From: Antedon mediterranea
Lineage: Eukaryota > Animalia > Echinodermata
Direction: 5' to 3'
DNA: 64,000 nucleotides
Assembly (NCBI RefSeq): GCF_964355755.1
Contig: NC_092671.1
Span: 19,840,001-19,904,000, forward strand
Under the pieces are notes generated by a model, which made no database searches, was not told the DNA's origin, and saw nothing but the letters and a program-made list of their open reading frames with translations. The translations under genes were made by a program, and so were the position numbers. This document shows, piece after piece, positions 38,310-49,562 of this stretch. How positions within the stretch are numbered: the stretch's first letter is position 1; every line of letters starts with the position of its first letter.

Positions 38310-40612
38310 GGCGCTAATGCAGTTTCGTACCCACCCCTTAAAATTACTCAAAATGATTTCAATACTTCATCTAGCCTACTCACGAGTTGTCTACAGCATT
38401 CAGCAAGCATAAAATGGTAAGATATCGATAATTTCTTATTTATAACTATTTTTAATCAATTAATAATTGAGCACCCTTCAGAAATCCATCGCCAGCTTAG
38501 CTTCGCGAAAATCATCGCTAGGCCTGCCGATGAAAGTACGGAGGCCTCATAGGGCATCGATCTATAGAGGACGCTGTTATGATCATATTATTATGGCGAT
38601 AATAAAATATTTTTTACATGTTCCTCATGAAACGGATTTTAAGTTTTTTTCATAAAGAAATATTTTGTGTTTAATTATGTTGTTAATTTTTAGAAATTCT
38701 ATTTATTTTGAATGTTGTGTGTTATTGTCTTGTCAAATTATATTTTTTGTAAGGGTCCCTAATGATCAGCTTCGGCTGGATGGACCACCCTCATAAAATA
38801 TTGTTGAAATAAATTAATGAATAGTTGCTTCATTATTTAATGTTTTATTTGATTTTATTTTAATAAACACAACAGGAAAGAAGATAAAAAAGAAGAAATG
38901 AAAGACATGAAATGATGTATTCAGTGTCAGCAGAAGTAAAATAAATTCTAGTAATTGATGGAAAACATTTTTATTATAATTATTGTATTACTTTACATTA
39001 CATTTCAATAAATTATATCTTTCTGTTTTTGTTGCATTTCCTATTTCCATGTATTTGAAGAGGTCTTTCATAGGTGAATAAAAAATGTTAATTAATAATA
39101 ATATACTTCTATAAAATCTTAAAACAGGGAAACCATTAGCGTTTCTAGTATAGCTAGTGATAACAAATACTAAAACAATTAATTCGTCATAGCTTGATTA
39201 TTGTTTTATAACATTAACAATGTAACTCAGGAATGAAGTACTGTAATTCTTTTTATTCATTTCATTTATTTATTTGACCTACAAACCATAATGTAAAATA
39301 AACTAAAACAGAGGAAAATTGGTCAGTACTTATATCTTCAAGAGTCAGCAGTTCCATATTTATCTTCTTTTCTGTGTGAAATTCTACTAGTAAAATGAAA
39401 GAACAAATTAAAAACATAACATAATTATGATGATACCCACAATGATGAATACAGCAATTGTATAGTATTTCTTTTTCTTTATTAAAAATACGAAACGCAT
39501 GTCGGAAATAATAATGAAAATTATAATTATTTGGTGCGTGCTTTAAACGTTAGTAACTACGCCCTCTATAGAACGCAACTGTTTACTCTATTAATAGAGT
39601 TAATGTCCTGTGAGGCCTCCGTACTTTTATCGGCAGGCCTAGCGATGATTTTCGCGAAGCTAAGCTGGCGATGTATTTCCGAAGGGTGCTCAGTATTAAT
39701 TGATTAGAAATAGTTTTAAATAAAAAATTATCGATTTTTTACAATTTTATGATTGCAGAATGTTGTAGACAACTCGTGAGTAGGTTGGATGAAGATTTTG
39801 AGTAATTTTAACGCCGTGGTTAGGATTCCGGCACCGGAACTCAACTGCCCACCGTTAGGGAATCCGACACGATATTGCGCATGCCCAGAACTCTGGGAAG
39901 TGAATTATAGCTTGCACTAATAGTGCCACACACCACACCACCGAGAGTCGGAGTGTTATAGGGATTTACTGTAGCCTAGATAGTCGAGTCGTTGCGCGAG
40001 CGAGAGATGGATAAAACTTGGCCTATGCCATACATGAATTAATAATTAAAATACGACTACGCCACGCGTTAAAATAATTATAATGATATTAATAAGAATC
40101 GGTATCTATCTAAGAATCGTAATGCTGTTTTTAACGTTGCGACCCCGAATTTCCGAACAGTTTTTTCACATCCACGCGGTGGCTGCCGTCAACAAATCAA
40201 CTTGTGATTGCATGTTATGTACAGTATATTAAATGCGTTATGAAAAATCATAAAACTAGTCATGTAATTATATAATTCATAATGATATGAAGTTTATATA
40301 TGAATGAACAACCACTTTTTAATTACAAAATAAATAGGCCCACTGGTCACGCCTAACTGGTAGCCCTAGCCTAGATTAGTGGATCCCGCATTAGTAGGCA
40401 TCTAGGCTAGTTCGCCGTGTGGCGCAGCTATGAAATGATCCATCGCTGTATAGTCAAAGAATTGGTATAGTATAGAGTCGCCGATTACCTCGCTCTGGGC
40501 ATGCGCAATAGCGTGTCGGATTCCCTAACGCTGGGCAGTTGGGTTCCGGTGCCGGAATCCTAACCACGGCGTAATTAATTTTAAGGGGTGGGTACGAAAC
40601 TGCATTAGCGCC
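38310..40612. mobile_element. Merlin-like non-autonomous TIR element in right arm
   Basis: GGCGCTAATGCAGTTTCGTACCCACCCC TIRs (~250 bp), 8-bp TSD TAAAGATC; empty site in the left arm near 25990. Confidence 0.75.
39811..40572. mobile_element. Unclassified MITE nested in the right TIR of the Merlin-like element
   Basis: ~80-bp TIRs ACGCCGTGGTTAGGATTCCGGCACCGGAAC... Confidence 0.7.
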
Positions 40613-41580
40613 TAAAGATCAACCCGTACCCCCATGCCGACTCGTTCCCATCCCATGGTAGAATACTACTTACATGTTAGTTTAGCCTAGCTGGGCTAAC
40701 CTATCTCACCTCTGACATGCCCTCCTGAAAAAACGCGACCGAAATTACTGGAACCTTACCCTAGCCTACTAGACCTAGATAGTAGTGATCCGTAGTACCA
40801 TGGAACTATAATAAATGGTAGACGTACTAGTACTGTGTAGTATTTATGTTAACATGTCTGGCTCTACGAGGCCTTTTTATGCTCATAGGATGGCTTTTTT
40901 GGGCGTCCCAATGTAGGCCTATGCCTATAGCTAGGACAGATTTCCCATTCCTGCCGGCCTGTAGCCTATGCTCTAGTAGGGCGGCCGGCCGGGTGTACTC
41001 TGGTCGATTCACCCCTGGTCGACTCGTACCCATGCCAACTCGTACTTAACTTCTTACCCTAAACTCGTATCCAACCAAATAATTGGTTGATTTCCCGCTA
41101 GACTAGTAAGCCTAGCTACAATATTCATTATGCCCTGCTAAAAAGGTAGATGAGCTACTAGACTAATTAAGTAATTCGTATAATAACAATAATTGACTAG
41201 AAGGCCTAAAAGCGGCGGAAAACACCTATCCATCCTTGCATGGCAGTACGAAAACCTGCCTATGGTTGTACATCATTGTAAATTGTCAACACACACTGTG
41301 CTACAGACAGTGTACCGTGTGTTAAAAGTAGGCCTACAGCATTTATAGCAGACAGCAACGTGTATAACTTGCTATAGTTTTACAGATAGCACATGTGGAC
41401 AGTAGCAGAATCGGGTGCATTATTTGTATACAATTGAAATCAAAACACCAATCCTGACCCGTCTGCGAAAAGACTTTCTCTGAAAGGGATGAATAAATAA
41501 ACTTTTTATTACGCTTTCCGTCTAGCCATCTGTGTAGTCGAATGGATTAGACTATGGTTCGAATCCCATTACCAACTTCG

Positions 41581-41760
41581 TTTTAGTCGCGTGGACGCGA
41601 CTCAATAGTTCACTATGTCGGTCGGTCGGTCTGTCTGTCGGTCCGGTATCACTATGCGTTTTATCGCTTTTCTGTACTTTTTTAACTGTTTTGATGTACA
41701 TTACTTTTTGAAAGTTCATTTTTTTCTGAGAGCACGCGACTTATGGCTGTTGGCCTTGTT
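41581..41760 (+). mobile_element. Short HINE copy
   Basis: TTTTAGTCGCGTGGACGCGACT, (GTCG/GTCT)n, CACGCGACT, ...GGCCTTGTT end. Confidence 0.7.
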
Positions 41761-42641
41761 ACTTTATAGTGAGGGAGATTATTAAGAGGGTTAGGTTTAG
41801 GCCTAGTTGTTATATTTAGGAAGTAGTTCGGCTATCTTTCATGTATCTTTCAGAGAAAGTCTTTAAGACAAAATTTACGCGGCCCGTATAAATGAAAAAC
41901 ACAAAAGTACCACACCTCTAAATAATAGCTTTACATGTTTTTGGTAATAAGAAAAATTAGTATTTAAACTAGATTTAAATTCGTAACTTTAACGAACTAC
42001 TGATCTTTTTGATAGAAGATAATTTACCCGACATTTAATAATAAAAAAATCCACGCAAACGCAATATTAATGTACGTTGAAACATGTGCATATGAAAGCA
42101 TTGTTTAGTGCTGACTTGACTGACTCATAGATTATATAGTACATAGTGTACAGTGCAATATATGTGAAATTACGGGACCCACAAATATTCTAATTTGTTT
42201 GATATGATGACATCATCATCTAAATGAAACATGAAGTGACAATTATGAGCAAGAAAATTGGACACGTAGAAGCAAGATGCGGCCTCTTTTTTGTGCGATG
42301 TGACTAATATTCTGAGAAGTTATTAGATTCAAATAATTATACAGTAAATGTGAAAGTATGCGATCCATGATTCTTAGATATGATTCTGAAAAAAAAGACG
42401 GTTGATAAAAAGATAACTGTTTGAGTAAGAACATTATTAAGAGAAAAGCTTACACGGATAAGTGCTCTGTTGAATATTATACAAATAATGAATGTTTATG
42501 AGTGTAATGGTACAAATAAGAAAAAAATAATGATGTAGAGAATAACAATAGGTGATCTTAGATGAAGTCACCTAATTAGGTAGAAAATAATCGATAACAG
42601 CAAAATAGTGAATAAAGTCAGTGTCACTAAATGATATGTAC

Positions 42642-42743
42642 CAGAGTGTGCACTTTCGTCGCTCACTAAAGCATGTTTCCAGTCGAGGTTGATTTGCGTT
42701 AAATTAACTAGATTCAACGATTTTGCAGGAGAAAAGTAATACG
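42642..42743 (-). CDS. Host gene exon (YYFSPAKSLNLV...SAHS); acceptor choice uncertain
   Basis: ttgttAG acceptor, GTACAT donor, phase 1-1. Confidence 0.55.
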
Positions 42744-42852
42744 CTAACAATTCAACGATTACAATAATTGATTTCGAGACGATCGTTAAAACTGACCAAT
42801 CAAATTACGTCATTACGCTGATAATTCATGAATATCACAACGCGACGTTTAC

Positions 42853-43095
42853 AATTATGGAGTTCGTGGAATACCACGTGTCCGAGGTTATTTCTTGTCT
42901 GTCCGTAATGCATATGCATTATTCTTTTCTGATCAAATACCTGCATATTGTCAGCTTTAATGGTAACGTTGAGGCTTGTTCCGGATACCAATCCAGTAGT
43001 GTTTACCAATAAATCTGTCTTCACTTTATCTAAAACTCCATAATGTGATGCCGAATCTTCGACGTTTGCACCCGCATACATATCAGCGTCAATAA
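42853..43095 (-). CDS. Host gene exon (VIDADMYAGANVED...HELHN); donor choice uncertain
   Basis: polyT-cAG acceptor phase 1; 243 nt to a GTAAAC donor, phase 1. Confidence 0.65.
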
Positions 43096-43324
43096 CTGAA
43101 AAAAAAACACCAATTATCACACAAAAAAAGAATAATTGCAATTATATGTTGTGTAGGGGTGGGTGTAGCTGTGGGTCATGTGCCGTGATTTAATTAATGA
43201 ATTAATTTACCAAAGCCACATTCGCTGGAAATGTGGAGTTTGGTAAAAGAAAACGCAAAATACAACAACAAAAATAACATTTTCAATGATATATGATGTA
43301 AATTGTTTATGACATAAATAATTG

Positions 43325-43911
43325 TAATTTTGCTACTCGGAGACTGCGGCAATTAACAAACTCATAGAATAATAAATAAAGACGCATACAACATAAGTTC
43401 TGGCTTAAATAGTTTTAGTAAATGAACATTCACCCATGTAAAACTGCACATAAAAGTTATAAGCAAATATAAGTTATTTAGCAATAATTTTCCAATTCTA
43501 AGTAAGCACAACAGGGATGCTCAGAGAAAAATAGCCCTATTGCTATAAGTGTCTAAATATTGGGCGGGAGGGAGGGAAAATTGTCTTCAACTTAATGTGA
43601 TCGTGTTAACAGAGAGGATGCTTGATCAAAGAGGTCGAAAACCCGCCCTCTCCGTTCTCAAAATAGAATTGTGTTCCCAACCAACCCAATTCGTGATTTT
43701 TGCTACTCGGAGACTGCGGCAATTAAAAAACTCATAGAATAATAAATAAAGACGCATACAACATAAGTTCTGGCTTAAATAGTTTAATTAGTAAATGAAC
43801 ATTCACCCATGTAAAACTGCACATAAAAGTCATAAGCAAATGTAACTTATATAGCAATAATTTTCCAATTCTAAAAGTAAGCACAACAGGGATGCTCAGA
43901 GAAAAATAGCC
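43325..43911. repeat. Local direct duplication of a ~215-bp unit
   Basis: TTTGCTACTCGGAGACTGCGGCAATT...GAAAAATAGCCC at ~43325-43538 and ~43696-43911. Confidence 0.8.
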
Positions 43912-44340
43912 CGCGGCAGGTGCCAAGGCACCGCTAAGAGCAGCCCACCAAAGTGCAGGAAAAAAAGGAAGAATTTTCACTTACCCACATGAAACTGAGA
44001 AAAAAAAAATGGTTCAACCAGGACTCCCTGGAAGAGTCTCCAAAGAGGGCGCGTTAATACAACACGCTATTACACGCATATTCTACACGCCTATACGTGT
44101 TGTATAACAACAAAGATTCCGTGTAAATGAGATTTTAATTGAAAAAAAGGCTACTTGGCTGAATCCTAAAATTTGGTGGATTCCCGGTCGCCGTTACCGT
44201 GTTGGAAGTGTCCTTATGGTATATTTTGACCTCTCGTTAAAACAGGTCGTAATATCAATCATGTCATGCGACGTTGCTAACAAGATTGGGCCCATTTATT
44301 TCTGCTTCGCTGCCAGCAATCATCCTCCTACCACGTCTTA

Positions 44341-47300
44341 AGCGTCGTTCCCACTCTAGCGACGCAACACAAGGACGTAACGCAACGCAAGTGAATTGAC
44401 CAATCACAATCGATGGCTTATTCGCTTGTGATTGCTAAAGGCTGGTTTCCTGTCGACGTAAGAGTCAGTTTTTCTAACGTCAGTTACGATTGTTACGTCG
44501 ATTTTACGTAAGAAACCAACATTTGACAGGAAACCGCTTACGACAATATTTTGGTGAAATCGACGTAAACGCAAGAAAAATAGACGATCGACAGGAAACC
44601 GGGGTATCGAATCTCCGTCTGATACGTCGATTTATCCCGAATTTACAGGAAACCGGGATTTTATTGCTTGCGATCACTTGCGTTGCGTTATTAACGATTC
44701 TTACGTAAAGTTGACTTGGAGTCAACTTTACGTAAAAGCTGGTTTCCTGTCGACGTAAGAACATCACTTTTGTTGCGACTACGTCGATTTGTCGTAAGAA
44801 ATGCGGATTTACAGGAAACCGATTACGATCGAAAATTTACAAAATCGACGCAACGTAAGAAAAATGGTAACGACAAACGATTTTACAGGAAACCGATGAC
44901 CTAACAATTGTTGCGTTACGACGTTTTCTTCCGATTTTACAGGAAACCGGGATTTTTGATCTTACGCTTGAATGAACGCCCTTGCGTCACGTTTCTTACG
45001 TCTCTTACGAAAGTTGACTTGAAGTCAACTTTCGCAAGAGACGTAAGCGCAATCGTAACAAGCAACCAATGAGCGACAAGAGTTATGACGTAATGTGTAT
45101 GTCCTTATAGTGAAATAAAGCCGGACAATAACATTTGTATGTATTTACTACTATAATTTTAGCCCACTTTACGATGTTGTAGGCCTACATACTTTACAAA
45201 TGCACAGTAGTTTCAATATAGGCATAATAATGTTCTAATCAGGGAGTTTATCGTTTAATTTTCATGTAAATGAGGTAGCAAACAGTATTTCTAGAATAAT
45301 TGGTGTCTTAAACAAAGTGAAGTCTATGTTATCAAGTAACATCTTGTTAACGGTATACAATGCACTTATATTACCTAGAATAACGTATGCTATCACAGTA
45401 TGGGGTGCTACTTCTGCTACAAATTTAAACCGTATACATATTCTCCAGAAAAAAGCACTTAGAAATATTTGTCATGTTCATTTTATGCATCCTTCTCATC
45501 CACTTTTTATTTCGACCCAAACATTAAATATTTTTGACCTTTATACGAAACACACTGCTATATTTATGTATCAATATAAACATAATCTATTACCTGAATC
45601 ATTTAATAACTTATTTAGTACATCTGCCTCATTCCATAATTACTCAACTAGAAACACGTCAAACTACTGTCCACAACTAAAACGCACCAAAGTCGAACAG
45701 CAATGTATTTCCTACCAAGGAACACATATTTAGAACAATTTAACAGACTATATAAAACAATCTCCCACTTTAAGTTTGTTTAAACAGAGATTAAAGCAAT
45801 ATTATAACAATAGAAATATTTAAGTTAAGTAAATCACATTATGTTATTTTGGTTTGTTCTTTTTGTTTGTACTAATTGTTTGATCTTTTTGTTAGGGTTA
45901 CATGCTTAAAGCACTTGTGCTTATTTTGTATCCCATTCCATTATCTTATTATTTGTATTGTATTTGTATATGTTTTTATATTGATTATGGAATAAAAATG
46001 TCGATGAATTGAATTGAATTGGTTTACAACTCATATCAAAATCTAATACTCTTATTTATGGACGTGCAATAAACAATCAGCATCGGTAGAAACGTCGCGA
46101 AAATCAACATTTGCAACAAGATAAGATATAGAAAGCCCCTTTGTAAGCAATATAATATTATTATGTAACTTTAAAAAAAAATTGTTTGCTTGATTTTGTA
46201 TAATTTATATTGTTTTGTTAAATTTATTCTTATTATAGGCCTGTAAATAATGGGTATCTTACTGCGGTTAGTACTATATCATGCTCGATTAGATATGCTT
46301 ATAGGGAGGCCCATAGGCCAATGCTTAGCCTAGGGCCTAGGTAGGTCTAATAATAATAGGCTAGGGGCCTAGGCTAGTTTGATTATTTGGTCAAATCCAA
46401 TTCCTATTAGTACAGTATTAATTAAGTATTTTACTAATACTAGGGCCTAGCCTACTGAAAATAATATGTTGGTGTGCTGCACTGACACTGCTGCTGAGTA
46501 GCTACAGGTACAATAACATTCAACATTTCGCGCGAATAATGATAAAACCCGCTCTAAAAAGAAACACCAATCAGAGATGTTGTTTCAAATACGTCATAAA
46601 TCCGACCGACGTAAGAAAAAAATTTCAACTTTCGTAACAACACTAAAATCGACGTAAGCATACGACGTGTGTTTCACAGCCAAAATTTCAACTTTCGGGA
46701 GCAGCATAACTACAGATGTTTCTATGCGGCCCGACACGATCTTGACTAAGGTCAACGACGTCAAGTTTTTCTCAACTTTCGTAAGAGACGTAAGAAACGT
46801 ATGAAACGCAAGAATCGTTGCAAAATTCGACTTCTTACGTCGACAGGAAACCAGCCTTAAGCGTAATAGTCGTAAGCGCAAGATATACAATGGAAAAGGA
46901 TAGGCCTATTTTTAATAGATACGAAAATACTATTAGACTCTGATGCAGTAGATGTAATATTAAATACAGAAGGTAAGATATTTAATAACAATTAATAATA
47001 ATGATAATAATAGTAATAATAATAAAGTTATTAAATAATATTGCCATTCAATATCCTTCCACACTTAATAATAAGAAGCATACAGTAAATACTTGTTAAA
47101 TAAATTTATTTACAAATACATTCTGCACAATACTATTTTATGGATTAGGCCATTTATATAAATTCTCAAAAACAATAGATGCATACACCATGGCATACAG
47201 AATATATAATACCGACAATCAAACCTTTAACTAAATACTATAATTACTTACTTATTAACTAAATACATTTAAAAAAAGCAAACACAAACACTTTTACTGA

Positions 47301-48876
47301 TTACCTTAAGTGATATACAGTAACTTTCTTTGCATACACTGTGTCACACAATATATATGATACAGGAAATTAAATCTTTAAATAAATCTAAAAAGTTGAG
47401 TACTAAAACTATAAACATATTTTTAAACTCTGAAACTGTGGTACACTGTACTGTAATTTCTCTCTTTTAGATGGGGCTGAATTAAGGACACAAGTTGATT
47501 CAATCTTTCTGGTGTCATTCTTGTATATCTATTTAATAAAGCAAAACGATTTGTAAATGCAACACATACACTTTCAATGTTGATACATTATCAATGTTAA
47601 TATCAATGTTTTGTTTAATTTTCAGTGGTACTAGAAGCAGACTTTCTGTTCACATGTAAAAATGTTAATAATAAATAAGTGTGATATGTACTGGGCAGTA
47701 TTTACTTTGGAATCATTATAGGCCTCATTTTGTGTTTAAAATTTGCTCTGTAAAAATATTTAACATTTTAAAACTAGTGTGTTGAAGCTTTTCAATAATT
47801 AATTTAAATCAAAGAAAAATAATTAAACATATTTAAAGTGGGTTTCACTTGCTGAACTACTATTAGTTATAATTATGTGTACAGTATGATAACATTTTTA
47901 GTTACAAACATTTAGTTTTTAAACACATTCCAACCAAAGGGCATGTAAAAGAAGAGTTTCACTGTAGATCATTTTTGTTGCAGTTTAGAAGTTGGAATTA
48001 TTGTGTAGAGTGTGTAGATCCAATACATTAACATGTTAAAATGTTTTTTTTTTAATTTGGCCTATCATATAAAATAAAGTCACACTAAAAAAAAGAGAAT
48101 TTATGCCTAATTCCAAAGCTAGCCTAGGCCTAGGCCTACAGATGGTGGTCCACTTAATTGGGATAGGCCTAGTACTTGTTTGTAGGGCCTAGCCTAGTAG
48201 GCTAGTATAGGAGGCCTACTACTACAAAGTACTACTAGGGCCTAGGCTATATAGTAGGTAGGCCTAAAAAAGGCTTTTAGTAGTAGGCTAGCCTAGGCCT
48301 AGTATTACTAAGTACGCCTAGGCTAGGCCTACAAGAAGGCTACGGTCTAGGACATTTTTAGTACAGGCCTCTTGCCTATATTACAGTAAAATAGTAGTGG
48401 TTATGATGTAGGACTGGGCCTGGGCCTAAGCATGTTCCGTTTTATGTAGCTAGGCCTATGTACAGTATATGCCACACAGCATGTATGCCTTTCTAAGCCT
48501 AGGCTGCCTATCTGAAAAACAATTGCCTGACATGGGCAACCATCGATCGAGCAAACGAAGAAGCGTAAGAAAAAATTTCAACTTTACGTAACGATCATAA
48601 GACGACCGTAAGCGCTTGAAGTTAAAAAAGTCAACTTTACGTAAGGGTCGTTATCGGCTCGTGAGCCTGCGGTTCAGAACGATCAAAACGACGTTCACTT
48701 TTGTTCAACTTAACGGAAGAGACGTAACAAACGCAACAATCGTAACAAACGTTAGCATTTCCAAATCTTACGTCGACAGGAAACCAGGCTTAACTGTCTA
48801 TAACTTCGCTTGTCATTGTTTAAAACGCTTGCGTTGCGTTTACGTCCTTGTGTTACGTTCTAGTGGGAACCAAGCT
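44341..48876. mobile_element. Three nested PIF/Harbinger non-autonomous elements (44341-48876 > 44439-48790 > 44736-46857)
   Basis: TTA/TAA 3-bp TSDs; TIRs AGC(T)TGGTTCCCACT and A(G/A)GCTGGTTTCCTGTCGACGTAAG; repeated internal ACAGGAAACC. Confidence 0.8.
45280..46020 (+). mobile_element. 3' fragment of a CR1/L2-clade LINE
   Basis: LTVYNALILPRITYAITVWG..LQKKALRNI..HPLF; AATAAA then (GAATT)n tail. Confidence 0.85.
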
Positions 48877-49562
48877 TTACGTCTAGCCTAGTGGGGCCAA
48901 CTCGTAGTGGTAGTAGGCCTCTATCGTTTCCCACTCAAAACAGAATAAAAAATAACATCGCAAAAATGGCATCTTCTTCCATAGTGTATAGATGAAACAA
49001 TGAAACCCTTAAAATAACTTTTATTAATTTAAATGAACCGAGAACAAAATAAACAACAATGCAAACGTGAACGAATAAAATAATGAAAATAATGGTAAAA
49101 ACCGCGCGAATACATCGGACAGCGAGGAGGCGACGATGATTGTTGACAACCCAGCCAATTCATCAAGCGATCAACGATTTGACCTTTTATCCTAGCATGC
49201 ACTGCGTGTTGATGAAACTTCCGGTACAACACGGTATCGTGATTTCTAGTATAACAGCAAACGTTAAGGTGGGTTGACCTCGGTCCGAACAACACGCTAA
49301 AAATTAAAGCCGTGTTCAAATTTAGGGTGTTGTATAAACACGACCACACCATAAATACAACGATGCTCCCATGAAAGTATACGCAGATACTTCATGGCAG
49401 TATGTTGAGTAGTCTGGGCTCCAGACGGAATTTTTTTATTAATATTAGTATTTTTGCACATATGGCGTTTCATACGTGTATTACTTGAGTTTTGGATACT
49501 CCGTCTGGGGAAACATGCAAAAGTCACGTGGTTTGACATCAAGAATTCTTGGTGCATAGATT

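Larger units (their letters stand above)
25187..41417. mobile_element. Giant foldback element: ~3.9-kb inverted arms, ~185-bp spacer (33667-33851), several nested insertions
   Basis: CACCCGATTCTGCTACTGTCCACA ... TGTGGACAGTAGCAGAATCGGGTG, 7-bp CATTATT on both flanks; arms alignable end to centre. Confidence 0.88.

Noticed and set aside
43732-43980. Signal-peptide-like ORF MKILPFFPALWW...
   Set aside because: Starts at GTG, runs into a local duplication, and the gene continues upstream to the discoidin exon
43985-43994. 10-nt microexon candidate with strong splice signals (polyT-ctcAG / GTAAGT)
   Set aside because: Would frameshift between two phase-1 junctions; no partner exon found
44439-44960. 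Interspaced ACAGGAAACC repeats resembling CRISPR
   Set aside because: Irregularly spaced sub-terminal motifs of Harbinger elements
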